In this document: piece after piece, positions 1 through 11,542 of the stretch
Layout of the letters: every line of letters starts with the position of its first letter
Numbering within the stretch: the first letter of the stretch is position 1
From: Spongospora subterranea f. sp. subterranea
Taxonomy: Eukaryota
Length of the DNA stretch: 40,945 nt
Assembly (NCBI GenBank): GCA_049724395.1
Contig: JAUGWO010000009.1
Coordinates: forward strand, 186,001 to 226,945
Direction: 5' to 3'
Made by a program: the position numbers and the translations under genes
Notes under the pieces: generated by a model
What the model saw: the letters and a program-made list of their open reading frames with translations, nothing else
The model's database searches: none
Told to the model about the DNA's origin: nothing

Positions 1-1006
1 GGACTTCTTCACAAAATTTACTTATCGCCGGGTTCCAGCATGTATGTTTGCTTAACTGCCGAATCAATCATGAACTGAAGTTGTCCAGCAATCAGCCATA
101 TTCAAATACCAGCTTCAATCATCTGGTTTACGGAAATCGGGGCAAATTGCTGATGAAGACGGCAACGTCAGTTGTGCAGATATCCGCCGTTGCTGACGAT
201 GTTGTAGTAACTGCGTCAAATAGGTTTTCGTCATTCGAAGCGTGCCCAACAGTGCATCTGCTTATGCGTCTTCGTTTCTTTTTGCATCGGAATCCGAGCA
301 TGCTGTTGGGACTGATCGCATAAGTAATCTATTTTTGCCTGTGTTGATGTATACTGATTGTGTTTGGTTCAGAAATATGGGATGCTAGAGAACGCGGCGT
401 CAATGTCAGGAACTGCCGATTTCTCAGCACTGTTTTCAGTACTGATTTATTAGGTCTCAGGCGGTAACAATCCGGAGTCATACAGGGCGGGGTCGGCATA
501 TGATTGGCGATATGGCTGTTTCTCCCGACGGTCGCTATCTGCAGACTTCCGGTTCTGACGGATGCGTCTGCATAAGTACAAAAATGTTCAACAATTCACT
601 GATTAATTCTGATATAAGCGTTAGGCGATCTCAGAAGACTCGGTAGTCGCCCTTTGCTGGTTCTAAAGGTGAATGCGTTACTCATATAGAGGCCGGGCTA
701 AAGCCTGTTATTTCATTTCAGCACCAACACGATATGGGGCAGCCATCAGAAGGTGTCGCCACCGAATGGTCGCATGACTCCCGGTTCCTTTTAACTGGTG
801 CTGACGATTGTACCGTCCGAGTATGGGATATGTATGCTAACGATCGAGAATCAAACGACGCGGGTCTTATTCGTACGATTGACGGTAATCGCGCTGGGGA
901 CGGTTGCGTCCATATTGTAGCCGCCGCACATAACAGTAGCACCTTCATTTACGGGACGAAACTCGGTCAAATCGCAATGTTCGAACAAGAAAGAAGGCGT
1001 TCTTAA
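1..1006 (+). CDS. WD40-repeat protein, 3' part (multi-exon, 5' end probably outside window)
   Basis: Last exon reads WSHDSRFLLTGADDCTVRVWDM, a canonical WD40 blade. An upstream exon reads DMAVSPDGRYLQTSGSDGCV (~509-570). Short intron-like segments lie between; stop TAA at 1004-1006. Exon boundaries not fully resolved. Confidence 0.75.
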
Positions 1007-1107
1007 ATGTTTATAGAGTGAAATTTTACATTCATTAGATTAAATTCATAGGCCAAAATTATACTTTGTTTTATCTGTGATTCTCTGCTAACTCTGTTGA
1101 AAGGAGT

Positions 1108-1820
1108 CTATGGGGTTGGGTTCCCCAGCGTAAACCCTTCGAGCCGTTTCTGTATCGGCGAAGGCTGGGTTCCTTCTCCATCCCAATCCTCATTGGATAT
1201 GACGATGCGCTCGCTCATTTTATCCAATGTTTGCTTCAGCATTTGACTAAACTCTAACGCCATCTCGTCCACCTTCTGCTTCCATTCGGCAATTTCAGCG
1301 ATTTTGAACGCGATCACTTCGTCCTACAGTCGGTTCATACACATTCACTTGTTGAACAGAAGTTCGATACCTTCTTAGCCTCCATCGCCTGCATATCCGT
1401 TTCCTTTTGGCTATATCTATCCTTAGCCGCCAGCACCTGTTCGTTGAGCTGGTTTATCGTCTGGAGCAGCTCGGTTTTCATCGACTTGTATTGCCGGGTC
1501 ATGTCGGCAGTCACCTCGAACGAGTTCCGCTTCTCTTGCAGGAAATCCTCGTGCAAAATATTGAGCCGATGGCGCAGATCTCTGCAATTGATATCCGACT
1601 CTGAACTCTGATTCGCCGCCATAACTACAAACGCAGGTCAATGTCGACGACGATCTCGTTTAGAACTACGCTCACTCAATCGATGTTTCAGAGATTCAAT
1701 CTGCCTTTTTAGAAACAGATTCTGCATTTCCAACGACAGCGGTTCCTCGGCCTCATTACCGGTTTGCTTCGCCTCCTTCTTTTTGCCTTTCGATTTTTTG
1801 CCCTTGGCTTTCGGCGGCAT
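1108..1820 (-). CDS. Dynein regulatory complex subunit DRC12/CCDC153-like coiled-coil protein (3 exons)
   Basis: ORFs 1638-1820, 1335-1622 and 1108-1317 join through short GT-AG introns. They give an MPPKAKGKK start, the ADMTRQYKSM motif and EFSQMLKQTLDKM, as I recall for CCDC153/DRC12. Confidence 0.75.
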
Positions 1821-2071
1821 TTAACAGCTTGCCCGAAGGGTTAATGATGGATCGATGAAGGTACGTTAGGGATCATGATTCCTGGTCGTCAGATTGGTGA
1901 CCATTGTGGCACGATAAAGTCGCGGGCACCGTTCTCTCGATGAACATTGAACGCAAAGGACAGGATAAAGTTAGGGAACCGTTGAGCGGCAATGAGTCAT
2001 CTTCCGCATTGGAATCAATGGTTTACGGCAGGGTCGTCATAACCAATCTGGGTCGATAGGTATATAATCGG

Positions 2072-3373
2072 ATGGCGACGACTATATATCTCATTGCATA
2101 TCTTCCGATTTCCATGGCAATCTTTCAATCCAGCAGTACTAACAGCGCAAATCAGGAGCGGTTGAGTCAGGTTGGAGATAATCGGCCAGCTGGATATTCT
2201 GCTAGTGGTCAACTGCCAGAATACCCTCGCGATAATCGAATACCGTTTGGCCTCAATCAGCTACACGGCTTCGCTGGCAATGGCCACCCATCCTTTGGCA
2301 ATTATCAGCCTCCCAATTATTCTGGCAATGGTCAGCCATCTGGCTCTTTGGTCAATAACCAGACACCCGCCTTTTCATCTGGCTCCTTTGTCAATCATCA
2401 GACCCCCTTTTCTGGCAATGGTCGTTTATCTGGCTCTGTTGTCAATCATCAGTCACCTGCCTTCTCTGGCAGTGGTCAGCCATCTAGCAATAATCTGCCA
2501 CCTGGCTATTCTGGCAACGGTCAGCGATCTAGCATTATTCAGCCGCCTGGCTATTCTGGCAATGGTCAGCCGCCTGGTTCTTCTGGCAACGTTCAGCCTT
2601 TTAGCATTATTCATCCGGCCGGGGTTTCTGGCAATGGTCAACCGCCAGGGTCTTCTGGCAATGGCCAACCGTCCAGGTATTCTGTAAACAATCCGCCTCC
2701 CTGGAATTCTGGCAATATAGTTGGGCATTCTAACAATAATCACCCGCCTGGACCTGCGGACGTTAATCACCAGCCAGGACCTTCTGGCAATACTTTCCCT
2801 TCTCCAAATTCTGGGAATTATCGTCCTTCTGGCCACTGGCCAGGTCGTAATAAGTCCAAAATGATCGGGCCAGGAAATGGTGAGCCATTGTTGAATCCTA
2901 CAGGACATGGTGGTTCCGTTTCGAACTCGCCCAAATCGCCCTCGTCGTCTCGAGGATACGGGACCCCCTTCTCTAATCCTGCCAACGTCCAGCCATCAAC
3001 CTATCGACAAAACCCCATCAACGGTCACGACAATGGGCGCAATCCCGACTATCGTTCGCCCTCGACGAGCAGTTCGTCGGATCCGCGAAACTCGGAGGAC
3101 AGAGGGGATGTCGACTCAGCACCGCCGATACAGCAATTCAACACGAACACAGGTCAGGATATGCGATCAACCGATCAATTGCCAGGTCCGAACCCGATCC
3201 CCCAAACCGATTCAATGAACGACGCCACACGAGAGCCAAAACAGCAGATCGTGGTCCAAGGGATGAGCGACGAGGATTTCTATGCCATGAGTTCGTCGGC
3301 TCGGCCATATTTCAGGGCGACCGTATCCCTGCTCTGCGTTCGCATCATCGTCTTCATGGCGTGGTTTTTCTGA
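2072..3373 (+). CDS. Secreted, probably GPI-anchored Ser/Gly/Asn/Pro-rich surface protein with SGNGQP repeats
   Basis: 433-aa ORF with a hydrophobic N-terminus and many (P)GYSGNGQP-type repeats (~2270-2830). It ends in SSSA followed by a hydrophobic tail (VSLLCVRIIVFMAWFF). Confidence 0.75.
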   Translation: MATTIYLIAYLPISMAIFQSSSTNSANQERLSQVGDNRPAGYSASGQLPEYPRDNRIPFGLNQLHGFAGNGHPSFGNYQPPNYSGNGQPSGSLVNNQTPAFSSGSFVNHQTPFSGNGRLSGSVVNHQSPAFSGSGQPSSNNLPPGYSGNGQRSSIIQPPGYSGNGQPPGSSGNVQPFSIIHPAGVSGNGQPPGSSGNGQPSRYSVNNPPPWNSGNIVGHSNNNHPPGPADVNHQPGPSGNTFPSPNSGNYRPSGHWPGRNKSKMIGPGNGEPLLNPTGHGGSVSNSPKSPSSSRGYGTPFSNPANVQPSTYRQNPINGHDNGRNPDYRSPSTSSSSDPRNSEDRGDVDSAPPIQQFNTNTGQDMRSTDQLPGPNPIPQTDSMNDATREPKQQIVVQGMSDEDFYAMSSSARPYFRATVSLLCVRIIVFMAWFF

Positions 3374-4534
3374 GTGCCGTATCCCTAGCACGAACAGCAA
3401 ATTGCATAATTAACCTTACCCGTAAGAAAACGAATAAAACGACCACAAATCATCTTTGCATAATGAAGTGCCCACGAACAGATCGACGGTTTGAAATGAG
3501 TCTTGGGAGCCCATCTGTGAGGAAAAGCGCCACAAAATGGTGGAATATGAATGATCGCGTCAGGAATGATATTTTTTGGCTATATGGTTTTAAACGGCTT
3601 CAACATTCATCATCAAGGAACTTCACCGGTTCCGGTCGGATGTTTCAGCTGAAGCTCCTAAGACAATCGATTGAAACCTGCCCCGTATTCAGTTCGTCGA
3701 CAATCGTGACACGATCACGACGAATAACAAACAATTATCGTCTCAAGATCATCGAAATCAAACCCCGTTTGACCCGCCTCATTGTGATTATCGTATTCAC
3801 AGAACATGGTGCTGTGCCTATCTAAACCCACAACCGGCAGCACTACCATGGATGCTTTGAATATAGCAGTAAAGAGTACCGAGAGCCTCTTCGGATGAAC
3901 CCGAAAAAACAGCCAGACGACTTCATCTCGCAAATAGCAGCCATGTGAACCATCCTGCCCGCGCAGCACCCATTCCCTTTCATGGCAATCGCTGAGTTGT
4001 TAGAGCAACTAATCGATACTCTATCGAACCATGGAGGCGCCTCCACCTATTTACCAATTTCCTGAGCCTTTTCAACGATTTTCTCAAGAAAGCAAAAACA
4101 GCTTCAGTGATAGGTTGATAAATATGATGAACCACATCATATTTGTTAAGACGGCCGTCCAACCTACGCTGGGAACAGCAGGCCGCCTTATGGGAAGCGA
4201 CACAGACATCGATCCAGATTTTGGAACTGCCTGGTTATGATCGGTGAATAATCAAGGGTGGCTCCAGGAATGTTATCCAATATAGCACGGTGACCACAAT
4301 GGTCGGATCAAGTCGCAATATGTCATCACAAACAGGAATTTCTCCGTTTTCCAAGTTTCCATTGCCCGCAGTTGTCGATGGCAGGATGGTCATCAATGGA
4401 CAGCGGGTCAACAGCGTCTACAGATATGAAACACTTCACTTCGAAGAAGTGGTATCAGGCTCAATCTGACGTACAGGACCCATTAGAATTGCACAGGAGG
4501 AGCGGTCACGTCAATACAATCAGAACCTCCTTGG

Positions 4535-6502
4535 CAACATGGCTGACATCAAATCGTCTGCAGCTAGTACATATTTCATGTTTTGCCAGCTTTCAGCAAG
4601 GTGTGTATTTGCCAAAAAGGTGTTGTTGAAGCCTTTGAAAAATCATGAATCAATAATGGATCAAAAGCTGCAGCGTTGCAACCATGTTCGTCCAGATATG
4701 CTCGCTAAATTCAATTCTTGTGTTTATGCGGATGGATTCGCAGTAAATGCTCACCAAAGCGGCATTATTTAATGCTCAACTCATTGGATCGATGAAGCTG
4801 TTGTGAATCGAACGAGAACGCGCGCGCTCATGGAGCCAATTGCGATGGATCCATGGCCCCGATCCCGATCCGATGGGCAATAAAAAAGATCGGGCAAGTA
4901 CGTACTTGCTAATAAACTGGCCTGTTCTACATCAGCGAATTAAACAGTGCTGATTTGGTGAGATTTCCCTGAAAAATATTAGCTTAACAGCACGATATAA
5001 ACTTGGAAAATGTCCTGGACGAACATGTTCTTTCTAAGAATCATACACTGATCATGTCGACTTCTGAACGCGATGACCATTTGAAAACTGTAGAGGATTG
5101 TGATGATCAGAGTGATGATGGTGATCTATCATGCTTATACGGTAAGGGGTAAGAGGAACAGGAATGGGGTGGACAATTGATACGAAATAAGGAAGATGAA
5201 GAATTAGAACTAGAACTACTGTCAGACAATAGACAATGGTGAACACCTTTTACCACTTATCACCGTTATCAAAATAAAACGGGTGAACGGCAACTTTGAT
5301 CGTCAATCTCAAGCTTTAATCCTACTATCTGGCACCACATGTTCAAAAAGGTGTGATGTCGTATGTTAAAGTGCAGACTCTGTTTATTAACAACAAAAAA
5401 CCGGTTAATGTTTGACATGAGCCTTAACATTTCGAAGGTGAATGCAGAAGTGCTGTAGGAGGATCTTCACAAAGTCGGTCGTATCCCATTTCGGCCAATT
5501 TCTTAGATATAGACGAGTCAAGAAGATAGAGATCAGACACTTGCAGGAAAAGGCGTTCGGTAAATAGCACAAAGTACCGTTTTTCTGGGGCGATGATATC
5601 GTGGGAAAACGATCCTTTTTTGGGTGTACGATCAACAGTCGCATAGCAATGGATGATCGCTTGCCTTCCCCATCACCTATTTTAACGGCCGCATGGGCGA
5701 CTTTTCTTGAATCCCAGACATAAAGTTCATCGGTCTGCATGTTCCATCGTGTGTACCAATCGTTTGATGTAGATTCGGACTTCAACAGATATTGATGTGG
5801 ATCATCCATGTCAGGCGAATGAGTTATTGTGCGAGTCTCATCGCATTGATAGGCCGGTGTGAATGCCAATGGCCATGCTTGAACAGGTTCAGTCGGTATC
5901 CAGATAGTCATCGTATAATCGAGGGTCAACATTTCCATTGCGTATTGTTCAACGTTGCCATTATAGTGTGCCAACGTAGCGGCTTTGACGTGTTTATTCT
6001 TGGCCAATAACTCCATGAAGTCACAAGACAAAAACCCGTATTGTTGCAACAGGGTGCCAATATCGGCATCGCGAGGCAAATCGATGTGCGCCTGTGTGAA
6101 AAAATGGTCGTTTGTAGAAAACTGTGCGAAACCCCATGGAATAACGATCCAATCGGAATGCTCCTTGGCGATGTCCTCATAAAAAGCTTCTTGGATTATC
6201 TCAGCAAACCGATTTCGGATTTCATAGTATGGCAGCAATTTCAATGAGTCAATTTTTGTTCTCAACTGCTCCTTCATTCGATGAACTTCAAATTTGTTCG
6301 ACTTTTTCAAAGTTTCAATCCACTCCATAGGTGACGCTTCCTTTGTTGGCTCCTCCATTCGAATCAATGTAACCTTCTGCTCAAGCCAATTATCGGCCCC
6401 AGCGAGTAGAACAATTCCAGTAATGTTCGTCTGTTCCTGGCAATTGGTCACAAGCCATATCGACCGAAACACAGCGAACAGTACAATATACGCCATTCCT
6501 CC
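4535..6502. repeat. Segmental duplication copy A (direct repeat of 39051-40872)
   Basis: Colinear similarity runs from caacatggctg to cgccattcctcc in both copies. Confidence 0.95.
4750..4962. mobile_element. MITE-like insertion, 213 bp
   Basis: Present in copy A, absent at the homologous site in copy B (~39258). The 24-bp terminal inverted repeats match at 20/24 (ctcaccaaagcggcattatttaat vs ctcaccaaatcagcactgtttaat). Internal perfect palindrome gcaagtacgtacttgc at 4894-4909. Confidence 0.7.
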
Positions 6503-6514
6503 AGTGATTGCCAT
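5405..6514 (-). CDS. CmcJ/NvfI/AsaB-like Fe(II)/2-oxoglutarate oxygenase with signal-peptide-like N-terminus
   Basis: Family motifs occur in order: AHID (HxD), IWIPTEPVQAWPLA, WY..WNMQTDELYVWDS, AHAA (distal His), RSSIAMRLL. The N-terminus MAYIVLFAVFRSIWLVTNC is hydrophobic. The C-terminal frame differs between the two copies, so the 3' end is uncertain. Confidence 0.7.
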   Translation of the reverse strand: MAITGGMAYIVLFAVFRSIWLVTNCQEQTNITGIVLLAGADNWLEQKVTLIRMEEPTKEASPMEWIETLKKSNKFEVHRMKEQLRTKIDSLKLLPYYEIRNRFAEIIQEAFYEDIAKEHSDWIVIPWGFAQFSTNDHFFTQAHIDLPRDADIGTLLQQYGFLSCDFMELLAKNKHVKAATLAHYNGNVEQYAMEMLTLDYTMTIWIPTEPVQAWPLAFTPAYQCDETRTITHSPDMDDPHQYLLKSESTSNDWYTRWNMQTDELYVWDSRKVAHAAVKIGDGEGKRSSIAMRLLIVHPKKDRFPTISSPQKNGTLCYLPNAFSCKCLISIFLTRLYLRNWPKWDTTDFVKILLQHFCIHLRNVKAHVKH

Positions 6515-6779
6515 TGCTGTTCCCTGATCGAGCCGTCACGGAATTCGAAAAAATTAAAACAAAAAACTGATTTTTGAAGTTTTCATTGATTGTATACATC
6601 ACCGTTGGCCCATATCGTTAGGTTTATTTACCTTCATTTGCTCAGACAGACTGCTGCAGTTTTGTCACGGCTGACCTAGACGCCTTTTTTGAAGACGATT
6701 ATGCCGGCGACGAACTCGCCGAATTAATGTGCACATCTGGCAATGGGTTTGAGGATGGATGGAAGCGGCATTGATTTTC

Positions 6780-7660
6780 CTGAGTGAATAAGCATATGGG
6801 CAACTGGTACGGGCAACGTGCTCTTGATAACAGCCAAAACAGAGATCTTGGCGGTTTGTAGCAACGCCAGCGAGAATGTTGATGAATGGTCAACAAATTA
6901 CGTTGAGCGATTGTGTATTTGTTTTTATGGAATTGATCACGAATTACGTAATGCACTGGGTGAGGGAATATCCCCGTTGGGCAATCCGTTTTCAGCAAAG
7001 ACATGGTAGCGTTCATCAACGTTTTGGTGTATTTCTCGATATATGGTGTCACACCCAACATATGTTTTTGATCCTCAGTACGCTTTCCTATATCCAGATG
7101 ATGAGAACTGCAACAGTGTCTCTATTACCACCATCATGAACGCTTTCAAGCGCAAAAAACGATAGGAATTGACTGTAGCGGTTTCGAGGACAGCATTCGA
7201 ACTCGCAATCGCTCCGGCAACCACAATTCTGTTCGATTGATGAGGATCAGAATCGGTTGACATCCGCTCTATTTGAACAAATGGAACAGAGTTAATAATG
7301 CGAAGAAGGCGTTTGGAATAGTCTCAACCAATGCTGTATCTTTGACAACTGGGCTGCTTCCTGGGATGCGCCGGTTAGAAAAAAGTGAAAGCTTTGCAGA
7401 TGTGGTTCGTATGCTGCTCATGCATATTCACTCAGTGCAACTGCCTAAACAAGTTAAGGGCACAAACGTGATTTGATTTTGGTCCGAAGATACAATGGCC
7501 CGAGTTTGATAGAATATCTGTTGAAGTGTGGCTTCCAGCTTCTAGGAACTCATAAAAGCATGAGATCGTTTCCATTTGTTTTCGGTGACGTTCAAAGCAA
7601 AATAGGATCCAGAAGGTAATCAGTGTGTTTCAAAGTTGTTTTTTCCAACTCATATGTTGA
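6780..7660 (+). mobile_element. Degenerate hAT-like transposase remnant
   Basis: Broken frames give FDPQY, then WPEFDRISVEVWLPAS and RSF..FGDVQSK, resembling the hAT C-terminal dimerisation region. Many stops and frameshifts; boundaries approximate. Confidence 0.3.
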
Positions 7661-7689
7661 CCTTAATGGTGTTCGAATTGGATTATGAA

Positions 7690-9410
7690 TCATTGTATCT
7701 GGCTAAGAAGCGGTATGGGGACAGGGATTTGTATGCAATCGCTTACCGAAGTGGCAGAGGACATGTGGCAACTCTAATTGCCACCAATCCTCGAGCGGGT
7801 TCATGGATGTAGGTTGCCAAAAAACCGTCATCGGTCACCATGTCAGTTCCAGGGCAGGAACTGATTCAGCAAACAGTCGATCGCAATGTTGAGGCCCTAA
7901 CTGATGCTCAAAGAGGATTTGACTAACACATTATGAGAGCAGGTTGCTGTTTGGTTGACGTCGACTGCTGCTGTTCGTGCATTTACAACATTTCTAGACC
8001 CGGGGCAGATGGCTCTGCTCCCGTCGATGGCAGATTTTAACATCTGATGCGCTTGTGGCAACGGGAAATTGTCCTGACCTGTCTGCAGAGCAAACTCATC
8101 ACTTGACAATTCCACAGTTAAAAGAACTTGTTGACGACTTACACCTGCAGTGCAACGGGACAACATCGTTCGAATTCGTGATACCACCACTTCGATGCCC
8201 ATGTTTTCTGTTATGATGAAGAAGTGGTTCATGAAGCCACTTACCAAGTCATCCCTGAAAGTAGGAAGTGCAAACGAGGGCAATATTGTGAAGGCATTGC
8301 CTCCTTGAACCGAGATCCATTGTCCTGATATGGTGGTTGTGAACGCAGAAATTGTTCATAGAGGCGTCCTCCACAGTTTAACTGTTCCAACAATGACGAC
8401 ATCTGTCGATGGAATTGGCGTTATCCAGTCAAGTACAGCGGCTGAGGTTGAGGAACTGTTTGTTTGCATTCTGGAACTGAAAACGGCGACTACGATCACC
8501 ACAATCACAGAGGCAAAAGAGAGGCTAGAACGCGCTTGTAACAGCTCAAGAGGAATCACAGCAGTTTTTCAGAATCACGTGTTCTCGAGTACTCTGTGTT
8601 GTTGCTGGTGATCAGGCAATCGTTTACGCGGCCTTGATCAAGTTCGATTATTTAGATGTGATTCAATATTCCGGTATTATAACGATGATTACTTCTTTGG
8701 TCGAGCCAATGCTGGAACCTGAACCTGAGTTTCTGATCGGCACTCCTCCCGAAGCGCTACATCACGCGGTCGATAGTTCTACTGTTCATTTGTGGACGTC
8801 TCTGGCTGGGCAATACGTTTACGACGCTCGGCATCCCATAGCTTGCGTCTTTGCCACGAAATTGTGCCAGACGTGAGGAACCAAACCAAAGGAGGTCAAA
8901 ATGTCATTTCAAGGCAATTAAAGAATGTTAAAGTGGATTTCCGCTCCCTGACTCCTCGGGCCTACATTTACATTAGATTTATTATGTCGTCCATCATCAA
9001 ACGCTCATCATCTTCACCGACTTTTACAGAATGAACACAAACTCGACAGCTACCAGAAATGGGGAAATTACCTCAACCACGAGCAATCATTCCTTCAGAT
9101 TCTCGTGAGAACGGTTCAAGAATGGATTCCTCCTCCCAGGATGTCAGACCGCAGCTCCAGTGACATTGTTGGCGGTAGATTGTCATTGTCTCAGCCATCA
9201 AGACCGGAACAGCGGGCTCAAGACGACCCAGTCTGAGATGTTCCAAAATACCGAAAGGATGAGTTTTTACAACAGACCAGAAAATTCTGTGGTCCGACTG
9301 AATGGCGTCACGAGCGATCGTCACGTTCCAGCAGATGTTGCCTTCTGTACGATGGAGAACAACATCATACTGTACAACGTGTGGTGTGAATATATGTTCA
9401 ACGGCCCATC
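7690..9410 (+). mobile_element. Degenerate piggyBac-like transposase with embedded YqaJ/lambda-exonuclease-like and SAP-like segments
   Basis: Across frameshifts: YAIAYRSGRGHVATLIAT; LTDAQRGFD*HIMR..WLTSTAA; LTIPQLKELVDDLHLQ; VGSANEGNI..GVL..PTMTTSVDGI..ILELKT; NQTKGGQNVISR; C-terminal RTTSYCTTCGVNIC. Confidence 0.55.
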
Positions 9411-9420
9411 ACCGTCAACG

Positions 9421-9910
9421 CCGCAGAGTTTTCTGGTCTGTTGTAAAACTATTTCTTTCGGTATCTTGGGACACATTCGGACTGGGTCACCTTGAGCACG
9501 CTGTTCCGGTCTTGATGGCTGAGAAAATGACAATCTACCGCCAACAATGTCGCTGGAGCTGCGGTCTGACATCCTGGGAGGAGGAATCCATTCTTGAACC
9601 GTTCTCAAGAGAAACTGAAGGAATGATTGCTCGTGGTTGAGATAACTTTCCATTTTTGGTAACTGTCAAAGCTGTCGAGTTTTTGTTCATTCTGTAAAAG
9701 TCGGTGAAGATGATGGACCGCTCTCTTTGATTGTCGTGATCGTACTCGCCGTTTTCAGTTCCAGAATGCAAACAAACAGTTGCTTATCCTCAGCCGCTGT
9801 ACTTGACTGGATAACGCCAATTCCATCGACAGATGTCGTCCTAAACAGTGGATGACTCCTCTATGAACAATTTTCACAGTCACCAGATCCGGAATGTAAG
9901 TGGCTTCATG
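9421..9910 (-). repeat. Inverted (foldback) duplication of parts of the piggyBac-like remnant
   Basis: 9421-9715 is the reverse complement of ~9006-9292; the ORF track shows near-identical peptides on opposite strands. 9722-9910 is the reverse complement of ~8230-8513 with deletions. Confidence 0.92.
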
Positions 9911-9953
9911 TTGTCACCACTGGTAAAGCGATTGGAAGGCCGATCACAATAAG

Positions 9954-10400
9954 GTGCCAAAATTAGGCAGCGACGTTGACTGCTCGTTTGGAATACCTTG
10001 GTCTTTTGATTACAAAAGATGTCAAGCTATCAAAACATGTGCATTGGACACTACTTTCATGGCGTTTTATCTTCTGGCACGTTTCGAGGAAGCGAGCCTT
10101 TTGACTGACGCCACTCCAAGTAAAGCTGTAGATATCCTGCAACAAACCATTGACCAGATAACTGCTGAGAATTACGGGTACGCAAGATGGTTGTGGTGCA
10201 CTGAGATCTTAGATATACCGAACGATGGGACCATTCATGACTTGAGACAAGATGTAAATTCCGCGTTCCTCGATCATCTCCCTAATTTGAACAATTTCGA
10301 TGCGAGGTTTTTGTCAACGTCTGAATCGCCTTTAATGCCCAAGGCAAACATGCACCATGTTTGAACATTGCCATCAGATGTTAAGTTGCCATCAAAGGTC
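9954..10400 (+). pseudogene. Fragment with a USP/papain-like Cys-protease-type motif, probably TE-associated
   Basis: IPWS..KTCALDTTFMAFY resembles the NTC-x-x-D catalytic Cys box. Frameshifted downstream; no His box identified. Confidence 0.3.
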
Positions 10401-11542
10401 CAGTTCCAAGATGCTCAGGCTGCAATATGCCAATGATTCGAGGTGTCTGGAGAGTATTGCACTCGGACTACCAGTATAAAACGTCATTGGAAGTAAACAG
10501 TTTCCTTCCATTGCAACGAAAAATGAATCAACTCAACCAGATCTACAGAGCATCGTACGGCAGCATTGAGGCTAACCAGGGATGCTTAAAACAATCAATT
10601 CAAATACAAGCAAACCGTCGTTGTGACAGCGCGTCTGAAAACTCTGATATCACTTGAATAGCAGTCGTTTGCATCGTAATCGACATCTGTCCCATCCGTG
10701 TTAAGATACACGTTGGATTTGAGTTGGAACATATCTTCTCCATGCTCTTGAACGACTTCAGAACCTATATGATTGTCGCCGTCAAATCGATTATGGAATG
10801 AATTCCCGTTAGTCCACACGGAGTAGCGATTGTGTGTACTCTATAGTGTATCTATAGTGCGACACTCTGCTGCGATTCATCCAGTCGAGCGGAAACCTAT
10901 GAAGCTTTCTAAAGGCGCCCCCTGTGAACGTTGTTTTCACTCTCGATTCAACGCATTTCACAGTATTTCACCTACAAGATTTACTTTTCCCATATTCAAG
11001 ATACAAATTTGCAGATTTTACGCTGACGGCGCTTCAATCGTTGAAGGAATTTCGTTTGCGGAATTTCCCTTCAATCTTGGGCGCGGCGGGAAGACGTCTC
11101 TCTTGCTGGTTAGGCAGGAGCGGGATGATTCGTGCGGTGAAATAATGGATCCATCAGAAAACGACTTCTCCGATGGAAGGAGTTCGGTCGACACTTAACG
11201 AGACTACAGAAGGGCATACCATCACTGGTTTCCTACCTGCGAAATCGTTGATGTCGTCTAGTCAATCGGCCTTCGGTGATATGACAAATCTGAAGTTCGA
11301 GGAAATTTATGATTTGGCGAAATCAGACGTTCAAAGTAAAATTCACTTTTTGAAAAAAAAGCCCCTTAGGTTACTCTAAAATAGTACTCCTAAAGGACCT
11401 TTAATAAATACCTTAGTTTTAGTTGGAATAATATTTATATGAGAATTCAGTCTCGAATCAATCAGTCGCCATTCTCCGGCGATTCGATCCATCAGGATGT
11501 CGCTGGACAGAATCTTTCTTAGGCGGCCGATCACTCCCGGCG

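Noticed and set aside
3600..4300. Possible MULE transposase remnant on the minus strand (LPVVGLD)
   Set aside because: Only one short motif; no further catalytic motifs could be read.
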